From: Antedon mediterranea
Taxonomy: Eukaryota; Animalia; Echinodermata
DNA length: 64,000 nucleotides
Direction: 5' to 3'
Assembly (NCBI RefSeq): GCF_964355755.1
Contig: NC_092671.1
Location: 20,522,001-20,586,000, forward strand
In this document: piece after piece, positions 1-13,899 of the stretch
Layout: each line of letters starts with the position of its first letter
How positions within the stretch are numbered: position 1 is the stretch's first letter
Notes under the pieces: model-generated
The model's input: the letters and a program-made list of their open reading frames with translations, nothing else
What the model was told of the DNA's origin: nothing
The model's database searches: none
Made by a program: the position numbers and the translations under genes

Positions 1-85
1 ATTAATTAATTAAATTTCAGTATATCACCGGGCGGTTTAGAATTAATGTTCTTTGCCTCTTGTGTTTATATATATATATATATAT

Positions 86-247
86 AAATCCAAAGGCAAA
101 TTACTGAAAAAAATGACAATGCTGTGGGTATCAGTGGCTGGATCTCAATGGAGATACAAAAATAAAAAGCGAAAAGCTAAATCAAAACGATAAAGTAAAC
201 AGCCAGAAAAGTTAGCAGAGCTTTCGGGCAACACTAGCCCTTCATCA
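86..247 (-). mobile_element. 162-bp non-autonomous element in (TA)n with a Penelope-type minimal hammerhead motif (copy 1)
   Basis: Flanked on both sides by TA repeats; 1 mismatch to the inverted copy at 46494-46655; minus strand starts TGATGA-A-GGGC-TAGTGTT-GCCC-GAAA-GCTC. Confidence 0.75.
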
Positions 248-1096
248 TATATATATATATATATTGTGTGAAATTAGTCACCTTGAAAAATAAGGTAGCT
301 AGAAAAATATATTCATTGTGTAAACGCGGTATTTCGGTTCTTTTAAAGTTGAAACTATCTTACTTAACCAGGGAACAGTGACTCTTCCCTAACTTAACCA
401 AACCTGAACTATATAGGCCTTGCGGTCGCCTTTATTGTAATGCCATATACATTTGCCATTTCACCTGAACCGAGGACGGGGTTTGTGTTTTAATTCGCTA
501 TAATAAAATGCACATCATAAAACCGATTATTGAACTTATGTTATCTCGTACCGGATCCGACAGCTCCAGTTTAATATCGTGTTATAAAAAGATGTTAGTA
601 TTTGACTGTTATTTATTGGACCATGTTTCATGAGGGTAGCCCATCCAGCAAAGCTGATCAGTGGGGCACTCGACAATACAAACAGTACAAGAATACATTA
701 TCATAAAATTAAAAAAAATCATCTCCATGGATAACTTATTTGTTTTAAATTTCCTACAGTAGATCGGCGGATAAAGGACGGGAGATTGTTAAGCAAGATT
801 GGGGTTCTAAGTATAATATAGAATAATATGGATGTCGCGACAGTATGCCTTTATCACAATGTACACTTGTTAGACTCGTTATATTTTAGTACACCGGGAC
901 CTCTTTCTATGCATATGTGCTCTACTGTATACGGACTATAAATGAAAAACCAACATTTAATTTATTAGACGGGCGATTACAAAGAAAACATAGGCTGAAA
1001 TTTTAACAATAGAAATTCACATTTCAAGCTGAAAAATAAGACCACAATGTCCAAAATATTGTGAAGATTTAGTTTAACTTAATTAAAGAGTGTACT

Positions 1097-1608
1097 GTGG
1101 CACTTTGTAATAACCCGTCGCACTTTGTAATACTTGTCGCACTTTTGCAATAATCGTCACACTTTGTACACCTGCTGTCGCACTTTATAATATTTGTCGC
1201 ACTTTGCAATAATCGTCGCACTTTGTAATAACCTGTCGCATTTTGTGATAACTTCTGTCGCACTTTGTAATAACCTGTCGCACTTTGTAATAACTTCGGT
1301 CGCACTTTGTAATAACCTGTCAAACTTTGTAATAACCTGTCGCACTTTGTGATAACTTCTGTCGCACTTTGTAATAACCTGTCGCACTTTGTAATAACTT
1401 CGGTCGCACTTTGTAATAACCTGTCAAACTTTGTAATAACCTGTCGCACTTTGTGATAACTTCTGTCGCACTTTGTAATAACCTGTCGCACTTTGTGATA
1501 ACTTCTGTCGCACTTTGTGATAACTTCTGTCGCACTTTGTAACAAAACTGTCGCACTTAGTAATGACCTGTCGAACTTTGTGATAACTTCTGTCGCACTT
1601 TGTAATAA
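1097..1608. repeat. Minisatellite of 20-22 bp units (TGTCGCACTTTGTAATAACC and variants)
   Basis: About two dozen tandem units seen directly. Confidence 0.95.
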
Positions 1609-2807
1609 TCATATCTTCTATTATGAATGAATCATTACCGCAATGTTTTCAGAAAAAAAGACAATCCCACGAAGTTGAATATAAATAAAGTATCAAGATA
1701 TTTATGTGCTATCGGTAAACTTCTAAATTGAGTACCAGCCAAAGGCTGGGTATTACAATTATAGTCAGGGTCTTCGTGTATGTTCGACCGTACGTTTTTA
1801 ATGCCCAAAGTGAGATTTCACTTGATTTCACTTTATGGTAGCCTACTAGGATACCAAAAATGCTAGGTAACACATTTTCACGATCCCGTAACCATGGTAA
1901 CAGCCCAAAGTTCAAAATGGCGCACAAATGGCCCTATCTCCGTAACACTAGCAAGATATTGATATCAAATTGGAACATATATATTTATATTCATTGTAAT
2001 GGAACATGTAATGTAATAGGAAATGCTATTTTTCTGCACTATTGACCTTTGACCCGCACTGTATCTAAAAACGACTGATCATGGAAATTTAAAAATGGTC
2101 TCAAATTGCTCAGACCATACATATTTATAATTATTGTAATGCAACATTTGTTAGAAAATGACCGGAAGTAAAGTCATTGCCCGTTAACCTAATAAACATG
2201 AACTTGATGTATAAGCATTTATCTATTTGAGCATGTATTATTTATGGTAGCATTAAAAAATGGGTTTATACATATTACTGTATTATCATTTGAATATCAT
2301 TTTTCTAATTCACATATTTAGTTTTTATAAATGTTTAATATTATATACTTTATTGTGTAAGTAAGCGCATTTATCTATGTAAACAACTTTGGACAATAGT
2401 AAAAATTACAGCAGAAATTCATTGCACTGTATTCATTTTAATCCCATCCACTTCACTAACATTACGTAGTCCAATTGATTCTTCTTTTCCGGGCGGGAAT
2501 GTTAATTGCTATACTTTTTACATTTTTCCTGATAAGAAACTGGAGCTCCAAAAATGTGTCAGCATCCTCGTTGTCATCACACCTCAACTCGTATATTGAG
2601 TTTGCTGCGCTTGTCTCCGTTAAACTTGAGGCTGTGTTAATTAGTAGTACAGTAAATAGTTGTAAAGATAAAGCTATGTGCTACAATTATAATATACCCA
2701 ACATAACTACAACTGGAGACGAAAATGGATCCGTTTGCTATTTGTATCAAACCACTTGATCTAGACGAAGATATAAAAAGTACTGGACCACGTTCGGATA
2801 GGCCTTA

Positions 2808-2959
2808 AGTGTGGTTCCCACTAGCGACGCAACACAAGGACGTAACGCAACGCAAGTGAATTGACCAATCACAAAAGCGATGGCTTATTCGCTTGTCATT
2901 GGTTAAAACGTTTGCGTTGCGTTTACGTCCTTGCGTTACGTTCTAGTGGGAACCAAGCT
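2808..2959. mobile_element. PIF/Harbinger-type MITE
   Basis: TIR GGTTCCCACTAG...CTAGTGGGAACC with TTA on both sides; degraded relative near 3710-3810. Confidence 0.75.
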
Positions 2960-5611
2960 TTAAAGTGAAAAAGCGAATCGAGACGTACTTTCGTTGAAGG
3001 AACGTGCGGAACGATGCACACAGAAGATGGCTCAATTGCCGTACCGGCCGTAAGAATTTTTCCTATTAGGTTATACAGAAAATATAGAGGGCCTGAATCC
3101 TCACATCATAAATGTTCATATGTGACGGAAAACCCTGGAAATAGTTTTCACATAGCTGCTGCAAAAACTATCACGAGTCACCAACCATGTGCCACACAAA
3201 ATGAAATTGTAATTTCACACTAAAATGACAGACATCTCATATTAGTCTGACATTGTACTTTCTGACATAACATGAATTAATCCCAATATAATACATGGAA
3301 AAATCTTTGGAACTGTTCAATGCAAAAATGAAATAAATAAAACAAAAACTTTATACATGTTGCTTATGTTTCTAAACTATTAATTTTTTGACAACCAACA
3401 ATGTACATATTAAATGAATTAATTAAAACTCACATATAATCTTTAGAATCAATTGTGTTTAACTTCATACAGGTTTATATCATAGGCCTACATATTAACG
3501 GATTCTGCCAAAAAACAATAATTTAGCAACGCGACAACGTCCATGCATCTGAGTTTTCTAGATCTAGAATTTATGAAACTATAGCCAATCCAAATGATGT
3601 ATATAATGAGGTAATTACTAAGTTATATGAACATTTCAAACCCATTAAAAATACAGCATTAACAGTCTATTTCAGAGAAATGAAGCAGAAGCTATAATAT
3701 AACTCCATGATTTGACCAATCAAAAGCAATGAATTATTTGAACTGTCGCATGTCATTGGTCAACTCGTTTGCATTGCGTCTACGTCCCTGCGTTGCGTCC
3801 TAGTGGGTGCATGGATTAAAGCCCGGCGCACACTACAGCTATCGGCTGAGCCAACTGCTGACACGCGCACGAGTAACACTTTGGCTTGGTTATAAATTGA
3901 TAATAGGATTTGTAGGACTTGGTATTCAGAAGACCCATAGATTATTGCAATACACCCAGTCAGTAGTTAAAAAGTATTGACTGACCTTTTGGCTCCTGTA
4001 CTGACAAAGCATCCCAATTATTTTTCGGCCAATTTGGACTTACTTAAACAAACCAAATTTGTGTTTTTTATGTAACATTAGAGTTGAGGGATGGGGAAGA
4101 GGATGGGTACAAAGAGAAAACAATTTTTAAATATATTCTTTATCAACTTAGTAACAAAATATTCCTTTTCATGTTTCATAGGCCTATAAATAATCATAGA
4201 GGACATTTTTTCCTCCATAAAATAATATACCACTAAATACACTGGTAACATTTGCGATTTAATACTTTGTTAAAACTGTTATGGTCGATTGAAATAGTAA
4301 ACAATACACCACTATGATGTTTATATTTATTGTAATTATTAATAATACAAACGTTGAGAAGCAACTTTCAGTAATAAAGATTATTTGTATATTGTGCGTT
4401 TATATATCTAGGGCCTACCCACACATAAGTTTATTTGTACATGTGTTTATGTATCTAATGGTATGCCATTTTATATAATAGTTAGAATTCACTTTTACCA
4501 AACTTGGATGGAAAACAAAAATATATTTACCTGAGAAAACTGTAATTTAAAGAAAAAATAGTCAAATTGACTGGAAACCAATGGGTTTTTGGTTGAATTT
4601 TACTTTTTATTTTGTCTTTTTATAAGTGAAAACATTATTTTGTTTAGGATTTTTTTCTATGGAAGTAATTAACTTTATTAAAACTATATGTTTTTATTGG
4701 GACCTTTAATGTTTATGAGTGCGATGGTAAAATAATTGTTATGAGATAAAAATAGAATTTTAATTTCACAGAATTCAATTAATTATTTTGTTTATGTAAC
4801 TTCTAACTAAGTAGATTCTTGTCTTTTGATTGAAATTGAATGAAAGGTACATTTAATTCAGTTTAAAATGTATCTTTATTTTTTTATTGTTTTTTTTATA
4901 ACACCTAACACCTAAAGTATTAAACATTTATTGAAACATTTATTATTTTAGTATCTAGTACATTTACAGTAGAATCTTGCATACCCTGATTTTACGTTCC
5001 CTGGATTTTATGTACGCATAAAATGACAGATGACGTCATCATTTTTAGTATTTTATTACATAAATAGTATGCTATTTTCTTACATTAAGGGCGACTGTTT
5101 TTATTGAAAGAAAATACAAGAACTATTTTTTATTTATAATACTTTATTTAAACACTGCACAGCCTGCATATTTTGTTCTAGTATAGGCCTCACAGCTAGG
5201 CCTCATATCTATAGCTATATAGGCCCTAGATTAGTCTAGGCCTAGCTGTAAGTAAAGTAGATAAACACAACAGACTTTTTACTGTAGCTACGATCTATGT
5301 ATTTGGAGGTTAACTGTAAGGTCAACCTGGATTTTATGAATCCCATGTTTTACGTATCTTTTTGTCCCGTATACAGATATATTAAAGTTCTCTAGCCTAC
5401 GGATTATTATTTTTTTTACGTACAATTCTCCTTTTTAGTCTGAATCAGCATGTAATAAAAACAAGAATAATAATTATTATTTCATACAGTACAATTATAA
5501 TTAATATATCACTCTATAATACACTATAGCACTGGTACCTTGGGAGAAAAAAAATTACAATTTCAAGTATTTTAATCAATTTGTAAGTATGAACATTTTG
5601 AAGAAAATGCT

Positions 5612-5617
5612 TTTATT
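5612..5617 (-). promoter_or_regulatory. Candidate polyadenylation signal of TRAF3IP1
   Basis: First AATAAA on the minus strand downstream of the stop; weak evidence in an AT-rich context. Confidence 0.3.
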
Positions 5618-5783
5618 TATTTGCATGTAATATAGATTTTACAGAATATATTACATAATCACAATGTATTATAACCACTGAATAATTTGACAACTGTTAG
5701 TAAAAGCCAATGAAAATCATTCATTAACTGTAATATGAACAAGTTCCCAAATACAGTATTCAACAAAGTCAAATATTTTGGAT

Positions 5784-5940
5784 TCAAGATAATACGACAC
5801 TGTTCATCATTTTTGCCATTTTCTCTTCATTGCGTAAAATTTTCGACTTAACAGCGCCTATCAGTTCAAGTTGATCCGCAATAGACTGGTCTAGTTCTGA
5901 CAATTGTGCATATAATGGTTCTAACTCACCCTCCGTTACA
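5784..5940 (-). CDS. TRAF3IP1: TRAF3IP1 terminal coding exon
   Basis: ttttag|T GTA...; NVTEGELEPLYAQLSELDQSIADQLELIGAVKSKILRNEEKMAKMMNSVVLS then TGA. Confidence 0.95.
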
Positions 5941-6124
5941 CTAAAATTAAAAAGATTAAAACAATTACGAATAATTAGGTTTCATGATGAGTTTACTAAA
6001 TGCAACATGCACTGACAAAAAACTCTTTGCTAGAAATTGAAATTGAGCTATACTGTGACTTTTTTGAAAGTTTATTGTTGAATGGCCATCTATTAAAATC
6101 GGAATTCTAAAAGTATACAAATCA

Positions 6125-6540
6125 ATACACCTTTTTCACGAAATAGAAGACATCTTCGATCAATGACAAACAATGCCATGCAAAAAAGCAAAACAGAAAT
6201 AACATAGTGTTTTCAGCCTATTTTCGGAGGACAAGTTACTTAAAAATTCGTAACTCCTCAACGAACAGTCCTATGGACAACATTGTTACTGTAAAATAGA
6301 ATAACTGTAAAAAGATTAGCCTACATAACTGTGTGATTGTGATTGCTTAAAATCCATAAAAAAACAACACAGTAATTTTTTTTCTTATACGATCCTATGT
6401 TCAAGAGTTTCGATTATTTAGTAAACATGGTGTCCTGAAATCCCCTGATAATGCAATGTTATTTCTGTTGGTTAGGCTTTGTTGCACGGCATTGTTTGTC
6501 ATCGATTGAAGATGTCTTCCATTTTGTGAAAAAGGCGTAT
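6125..6540. mobile_element. MITE with long imperfect TIRs
   Basis: ATACACCTTTTTCACGAAATAGAAAGACATCTTCGATC... versus ...GATTGAAGATGTCTTCCATTTTGTGAAAAAGGCGTAT. Confidence 0.8.
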
Positions 6541-7532
6541 AACATATGTTGAATGTTTATGAGTTGAAGGAAATATTCTTTCCATTCAATACAAACATTT
6601 ATTATTTGTTTTATAACACACCTATTTTTCTAAAATTTAATTCAATTCATTTTCCAGAAAACATAATTAACATGAAAAAAAAAGTATACATGATAGGTAG
6701 CAATAAAAAAAAACAGGAAACCATTCTGGCAGATTGTCAAAAAGCAATAAAAATATCGCTATATACAGACTACATAATTAAGCATACAATCCGATTATAA
6801 AAATTATATTAAACAGAAACAAATTTAATTTCATTGTAAAGAAACATGTCCATAATATGTACCGCAACCTCATCTGTGGAAAATGAAATAAAGACAGAGT
6901 GGAATAAAGCATTTGTACGAGACTTCTCGTGTCTGAAAAGTTTCTCACTTCTATGTTTTAATCAATTAGTATCATTGACGAAGTCTAAGCCTGGAAGCTA
7001 CTGTAGGCCATTCAAAAAGGCACTTCTGCAACTTTGGATAAAGGAGTAAAATAGAAAACAACAATGCGCACTACAGATTTATTTTCGAACTAAATATATC
7101 AGCATGACAAGAATTCTCAAAATATATTAAAAAGCTGCTTGTGCATTAGAACCCATCATCATCATACCGATGTGCAATTAATTAATCAAATTGCAAGAAT
7201 ACAATCAGGTGTTTCAAATAGCATAGAATAATTTCCAACCACAATATTGTCATCAAAATGAATGAAAGAAAGGGGAATGACAAATTTGGGAGTAACTCAA
7301 GCATGGAAAACGAAAAACATTAAAAAAAAATACTTTTCACATTTTAAAGATTAACAAAATTATTTCAAAAGACTGATGATATAGGATTTATTTTTACAAA
7401 AAAAAAATACAAATGGTGACCTTAAAATAGAAAATCAAAAAATGTAGATAATGCATCTTTATGATTTTAATAATAAAGTTTAATTAGTTTTAACATTGTA
7501 AACTCTGATATTATCTTTCTCACTTTACTTAC

Positions 7533-7756
7533 TTTTGCTCTCGTTTTATTGCTAAGGAATGTTCTTTATTTTCTCTCTTCCATTTATCCAGTTCTTTTTG
7601 CATACTATCCATATCTTCTTGCAAATAATCCATAGTTTTTCCAAGCGGATTAGCACTACGTGTTAGTGTTTGAATAAACCCTCGCAATTTTTCAACTTCT
7701 CGTTCGACCATCTGGTGTTCCTTTTTACGTGCTGCATCAAGCACAATTGGTTTATC
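7533..7756 (-). CDS. TRAF3IP1: TRAF3IP1 exon (C-terminal coiled coil)
   Basis: tttccag|GAT...AA|gtaagt; EKLRGFIQTLTRSANPLGKTMDYLQEDMDSMQKEL is the hallmark IFT54 C-terminal sequence. Confidence 0.95.
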
Positions 7757-7920
7757 CTGGAAAATTCAAACAGAGAGTACCTAATTATACAATTACTGAA
7801 TATTGACTGATTGACTCAACAAGGATCACTGCAGATTTTACAACAATTTTATTATACACTGGTCACGTTCAAAATGTCTATTGTTTTTTTAAAGGAATAT
7901 TACAGATTTTGAATGACTTA

Positions 7921-10061
7921 AGGGTCTTTCACACCTGTTCCGGCACGGTTCCAGTCCAGCGCCGGTTCTAATAAAGTTCGCACCCGGCATCAGGTTTACT
8001 GTTCCGCTCTGGCGTACGGCGGTTGGACACGCTGGATCGTCACGCTTTACTGATCAAAAAATAAGCAAACCTCACAGGAGATTGAAGGGGTCATTAATTG
8101 TGTTTAAAAAAAAAGGTCCAACTGTTGAGTAAGTGAATTTTTTTTCCTTAGGTTATAATTACTGTATACTTTTTGCTTTTCGCAACAAAAAAAGAGCAAA
8201 CATGGGCCAGTATATGTGTCTTATAAATAATGATTTACAATTTATGGAAGATGAATATTACAAATATTACAGAATGACAGAGGAACACTTTGAAACCCTT
8301 TTAGACCTAATTAGTGCTGATCTAAAAAAACAAGACACTCGTTTTAGAAAAGCAATTACACCCAGAGAACGTCTATCTATTTGTTTAAGGTAAAATAAAT
8401 AACTTTTTAAGTTTTATTTAATTAACCGATAATTACTAACAATAATGAGAATGAAGAAAAATATTTGTTTTTACTGGAATGCTATTCATATATTTACAAC
8501 CATTGCATAAATAAATTGATCATTGGATATAATAATAAATCTTATTATTATTTATCTTTCTATACAGGTTTTTGGCTACAGGCGACTCATATGGATCATT
8601 TTATTATAACTATAGAATGGGTGTATCAATGATAGTGGTGGAAGTGTGCATTGCCATCTGGAATAGACTCAGTGGGATATATATGGCAATGCCATCATCA
8701 TCTGACGATTGGGAGCGTTTGCTAGGAACTTCTACATACGATGGAACTACCCCAATGCATTGGGCACGATTGATGGGAAGCATGTTCATGTTACAGCTCC
8801 GAACAATAGCGGGTCTCACTATTTCTGTTACAAGGGCCATTTTTTCATCGTACTTTTGGCATTGGTAGATGCTGATTATTGGTTTACGTATATTGATGTA
8901 GGCAATTTTGGATCAGCGAGTGATGGAGGGATATACTCCAGAAGCTCCTTGGCAGAGGCAATCGATAATGGCAGAATTCAATTTCCAGGGCCCACATCTT
9001 TACCAGATGCTCCTGAATTAGGTGCAATGCCACATGTAATACTCGGAGACGAGGCATTCCCATTGAAGTCAAATAGGATGAGGCCCTTTCACCGACGAAA
9101 AGAGAATTTACAATTACAGGCATTCTCGAGGAAGAAGCATATCAGAAAATGCTTTTGGTCAACTGTGTGCACAATCCAGGATTTTTTTCCGCGTCATCAA
9201 TTTGTCTCCAAACAATGTTGATCATGTTATAAAGGCAACATGTGTCCAATTTCATAAAGAAAACAAGCCCCTGTGGGGATGCCTACTTGTAACTCCCACT
9301 TTGAAAGCACACAATCAATTTTAGACAATTGTGAAGGAATCTCCAATTTGGATAAATTAGGTTACCGTGGGTCACAAGACGCAATAGAAGTACGCAACAA
9401 GTTTGCAAAGTATTTTAGTTCTGAGGCTGGCAAGATTTCTTGGCAAAACAAGCATTGTTTTGGAAATTAGAGTAATATTATGAATCTACGTAACGGTCTG
9501 GTATTGGGATAAATAAAAATTAAATTATCACCCTGGTAACATTTCTCTTTACATGCCAGATAGTGCAGTATATAAGTTTTTTAAATTCCTAAAAATCATC
9601 ATGCCACATGAATATAAATTTTGACATATATACTTTTTGTTTTATTTTTTGTTGTTGCTATGTCGAAATAGTTATATTCAAGTGGCAGGATTAGGCTTTC
9701 GTGGACATTTAGTTGTTGTTCAATCCAATGATAAAATAGAAAACAAACTAAAAATGTAGAGTTGCATATAAAAACACTTGATTCTTAAATAAAGAAAAAC
9801 ACAGAATACATTACAAAGTACTGGAATCAACAGTGTGTAGTTGTTTGCTATTTATGAATTGATTAAACTGACTGCCTATAAAATGAGAATGTTAAAGTCC
9901 CATTCTCCACGTTTTTTAGATCTAATTCTCATCCGGTCGCTGGAAGCAAGACATCGTCACTGGATACCGGACCGGAACATATATGAACAGGACACATCTA
10001 CAGCATCGAAAACATAGAGACACCGTGCCGGAACCATGCCGAAACAGATGTGAAAGGCCCT
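7921..10061 (+). mobile_element. PIF/Harbinger DNA transposon (defective)
   Basis: TIRs AGGGTCTTTCACACCTGTTCCGGCACGGTTCC / GGAACCATGCCGAAACAGATGTGAAAGGCCCT, TTA TSD, internal transposase. Confidence 0.9.
8133..9470 (+). pseudogene. HARBI1-like DDE transposase, frameshifted, with intron 8390-8567
   Basis: YRMTEEHF, ERLSICLR|FLATG across a GT-AG intron, GTIDGKHV, GSASDGG, GDEAFPL motifs spread over different frames. Confidence 0.9.
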
Positions 10062-10397
10062 TTAACCAGGTAATCATTTTTAATAAAAATTGTTTACTAT
10101 AAATACAAACTTTTGCAACTTTAATAATAATCCTACTTTGACAGCTGTGAAGCAGAACGATTACCATAAAATAGTGATGCTACAGGATTTTTTGTGATGT
10201 TATATAAGATTGGAATTTTACTGATTTTCAATGACTTAACGATAATGAAAACTATTGGTATTGAAAATAGTAATTCTAACATTGATTATTCTTTTGATTT
10301 ACATACATTTTGGTGAATTTCCTATCACTAGAAAAAGAGTTTAAAAAGGGACATACATACATATTAAAAATAATGCATTACTTAAATTACTTAAAAT

Positions 10398-10830
10398 AAA
10401 ACATTAAACCAGTCTTAAATGTACGTTTTATGGTAAATTATGATAAAAAGAGAGAAGCACTAACTAAGTAGCTCAAATCGAATGTCCTCTCGATGATGGT
10501 CTTTAGGCCTAGCCTAACGAGCAACGTACGTTAGTCAGGCCTAGCCTGACATTGTCTAGTTGCTTCATTAATTGTCTTTCTGTTTTTGGCAGAATCTGTT
10601 AATACAAATTGGGGAAAACACAGCATTTACGCTGAAAAGTTATGATTTTTCTATAAAGTTGGTGAATAACAGAAGAAAAATGAAAATATCAATCCGCACG
10701 CAATACAAGCAGTATTTATAGTGGGCCGCTTAAATTATTAGAATCAATTTATATTTCATATTTTTACCGCAATAGGCTCATATAATATTTAAAATACAGT
10801 TTTGTGACCTTAAAATTAGATAACAAAAAT
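10398..10830. repeat. Dispersed repeat related to 14400-14960
   Basis: Colinear similarity starting AAAACATTAAACCAG...TATGGTAAATTATGATAAAAAGAGAG. Confidence 0.7.
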
Positions 10831-11279
10831 GAAAACTCAATCTAAATTATACCTTTCTGAATTAGCGATGTTCCAAATGTCAGAAATTCCAATTATTTTA
10901 ATTGATTTTTTAAAGTACTGTATCTTCGGACAAAAGTCTCATTTCATCAAAATTGTGGTTAATTAAAAATTGAATGAATTAAGATCTCTTCTAATTGTAT
11001 TAGTCTTAAACATTTAATAAATGTTTGAAAAAAAGCACAAAGCAGTTAGATTTTCTTTAATATTAGTTCAAATATATTAAAATATTGTTACTCTGACGGA
11101 TGATTCTCAGTGGAGACATAATATTCTAGGTATATATGGGTATGTTTTTCAACTTACCCTCAACATCTTTACCAACAGATTATGGGGTTAGCGCAAATTT
11201 TCCATCTTTTTAGCGTAGTGGGGTCTGTAAATAATTAATTGGCAATTACTTAAATGTTTCATGTAAATTTATAACTTAC

Positions 11280-11381
11280 ATCTTTTTTTTTATCATTCTT
11301 TTCCAACTCTGTCTTTGTTTCCATTATCTTCTTGACCAGTGATCCATGCTGACCATCATCTTCCACTTCATTAGGTCCCAC
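11280..11381 (-). CDS. TRAF3IP1: TRAF3IP1 exon
   Basis: tttttag|GTG...GAT|gtaagt, 102 nt, VGPNEVEDDGQHGSLVKKIMETKTELEKNDKKKD (conserved HGxLVKKIxETK). Confidence 0.93.
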
Positions 11382-12008
11382 CTAAAAAGTTATAGAATTA
11401 TAACTTAACCATGGAATTAAAAAATATACTGTACCTCCATGCCTATCATGCAAACTAATTCACAAAGGACTAGTAATATGTCCTTATAAGAGTCCAAATG
11501 AACTCAGTCATTTATAGGTGTAAAGCCAAACTTGTGTAGTCTACAGAGCCAGGAGTACTTAAATTAACAATTTGTTACTTTCTTGGATCGGAAAGGAGGA
11601 AGCAACTAACAGGGTGAATACAGTATTGAAATTTGTGTATTTTTACCAGACAGAACTATCCCAGTATTGGATTGCATTAGGCAGGAAAAACCAACGAATG
11701 AGGTTTAATTCCTTGCGTTTATTCACAAAGCCTATAGGATTCCTATACAAACAAGTAGAAAATGTCACTACTCAATATTAATCATTTACTCTTTCACAAT
11801 GATGAGAGTTTACACATGCCTGAGCTAGGCAATGCGAAAGGGGTAATAGACCATCACCTTCATAGGAAATTTAAATATGAAATTGCTGCACAAATCTATA
11901 ATAGATTCAGTATTTGCTAATAAAAACTAAAAATATTACAAATTAATGTATGTATAAAAAGTGACAAACCTAATATAAAGAAAAGTGAATATTGTTTATC
12001 AAATTTAC

Positions 12009-12132
12009 CTGTTGATTATCTTGGGTAAGTGGCTGTGATTCTTCCACAAGAAAGGTATCATCATCATCATCATCCTCTGAATTGGCACCATTGTCAACAA
12101 TTACATTATTTACTTGCTTTCCACTACCAATC
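12009..12132 (-). CDS. TRAF3IP1: TRAF3IP1 exon
   Basis: ttttcag|G...CAG|gtaaat, 124 nt, IGSGKQVNNVIVDNGANSEDDDDDDTFLVEESQPLTQDNQQ. Confidence 0.92.
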
Positions 12133-12199
12133 CTGAAAAGAAAGCTCTCACTTCAATTAAATGTAAATACAGTATTGATGTTGCCCAAAGACACCTAAA

Positions 12200-13380
12200 C
12201 ACCCATGTTTTTACTATTACGCCTATTCCTAAGACCTCTAAAGCCTGTAGCCCAGATGAATACAGACCGATATCCATTACACATTTATTTGGTCGTATTT
12301 TATAGAGTATTTTTGCTGAGTGGATATCTAAAGATTTTCAACCCCATTTGGACCCTCATCTACAAATAACTTGGTTGACCTATGTAACAGGATTCTGTCA
12401 GGTACCGATTGTCCAGGAACGTATGCCTCGATTTGTACAGTTGATTTTAGTAAGGCATTCGACCGAATTAATCACACTACCCGTAATCGACAAATTAATT
12501 AAATACAAAATCTGTCTATCTGTGATCCCAACCGTTTGTAGCTTTTTAGCTGGAAGGTCACAATGTGTTAGGTTTAATGGAAGTTTACTTGGCCTATACT
12601 TTTCACGGTGATGGTAAATGACCTGTTAGAGCACATTTCCTGGAGAGATGGAAGTTTGTGGATGATTTCATTAATCGTATACCTCAAGGTGGTGATACTT
12701 AGGTTAGTCATTCTCTTCAGAGTCATCTCGATGCACTTCAGACCTGGTGTGATGAGAATAACATGCAACCTAACCCTGCTAAATGCAATGTAATGCATGT
12801 TCATTTTATGAGGAATGAACCAATTTTGTGCCGTTAACAATTGGTGACAATGTTATAGAAGAAAAGCCTGTTGTTAAGTTACTGGGTGTCTTATTACAAA
12901 AGAACATGAAATGGGATTATCAAGTTAAAGAAATGATATTCAAGTCCTCTTGTCGTTTGTTTATGTTATATATTTTAAAACGATATGGTGCACCTCGGGA
13001 TGATCTTGTCTTTACCTATATAACGTACATCAGGCTCTTACTGGAGTATGCTAAGTCCTCTATGGCATTCAGCAATCACTAAACAGCAATGCACAAGTTG
13101 GAATTTGTTTAAAAAAAACCCTTTAAGATCATCATCGGCTATAACAACTACTTTAGAAATCTTGAATGTAACATCCTTACAAGACAGACGGTTAAGTGTA
13201 TATGCCAAATTTGGAAACAGTCTGGTGACATCTGGGCATTTCACTTCGTGGATACCTGAGAACATCAAGCCCGAGAGGACTTTGCGTTTCTTCATCAATT
13301 ACAGTGTACCTAGATGTAGGACTAACCGTTATGGAAATTCAACTCTTCTTTGTGCAACAAGACTTTTAAATAAATAAATA
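12200..13380 (+). mobile_element. Degraded 5'-truncated CR1/L2-group LINE
   Basis: EYRPISIT, VIPTVCSFL, VKLLGVLLQ..KW, IRLLLEYA, PRCRTNR in broken frames; similar to the ORF at 51485-53983. Confidence 0.88.
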
Positions 13381-13899
13381 ATAATACAGTAATTGTATTG
13401 ATCCTTGGAATTAATGACATTTTGAATTTAATTTTTAAGAGGACTTTAAAAATAATAAATAATTTAAATCTATATAATATATATATATTATATTTCTGAA
13501 TTTTTAATAATTAGATCAAATAAAAATCAATAATTTTAAATTTGTGCAATATTATATTTTTGTAAGATGTAATTATTTATTTTTTATATGTTCATTTTAG
13601 TATAGATATATTATTGTTGTTCTTTTTGTAAACTCATAAGATTTTCAAATTTTGTTGCATTTTGAGTATTATACCAAATAAATAAAAAAAATAATTAAAT
13701 AAAAAATCATGTTTTCCAGTTGACGTTGAATTGCGGCAAGCTGCGTTGAGTTAATGACGATTTTATAGGAAAAGGGGTAAAATCAATAAAGTGGGACTGA
13801 GTTCAACTTAACAATCGTTAAATCTGTGAACAAACTATGTACACATTGATAATGTTTTTCATCTTTTTTTGTACAAATTTAAGGTCCGATAAAATGTAA

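Noticed and set aside
1069-1612. Overlapping repetitive ORFs (TKCD/YKVRQ/LQSAT)
   Set aside because: Product of a minisatellite whose minus strand is nearly free of stops; mixed 20-22 bp units shift frame freely, so there is no sign of coding constraint.
8133-9470. Domesticated HARBI1 host gene
   Set aside because: Frameshifted and still bounded by TIRs and a TSD.
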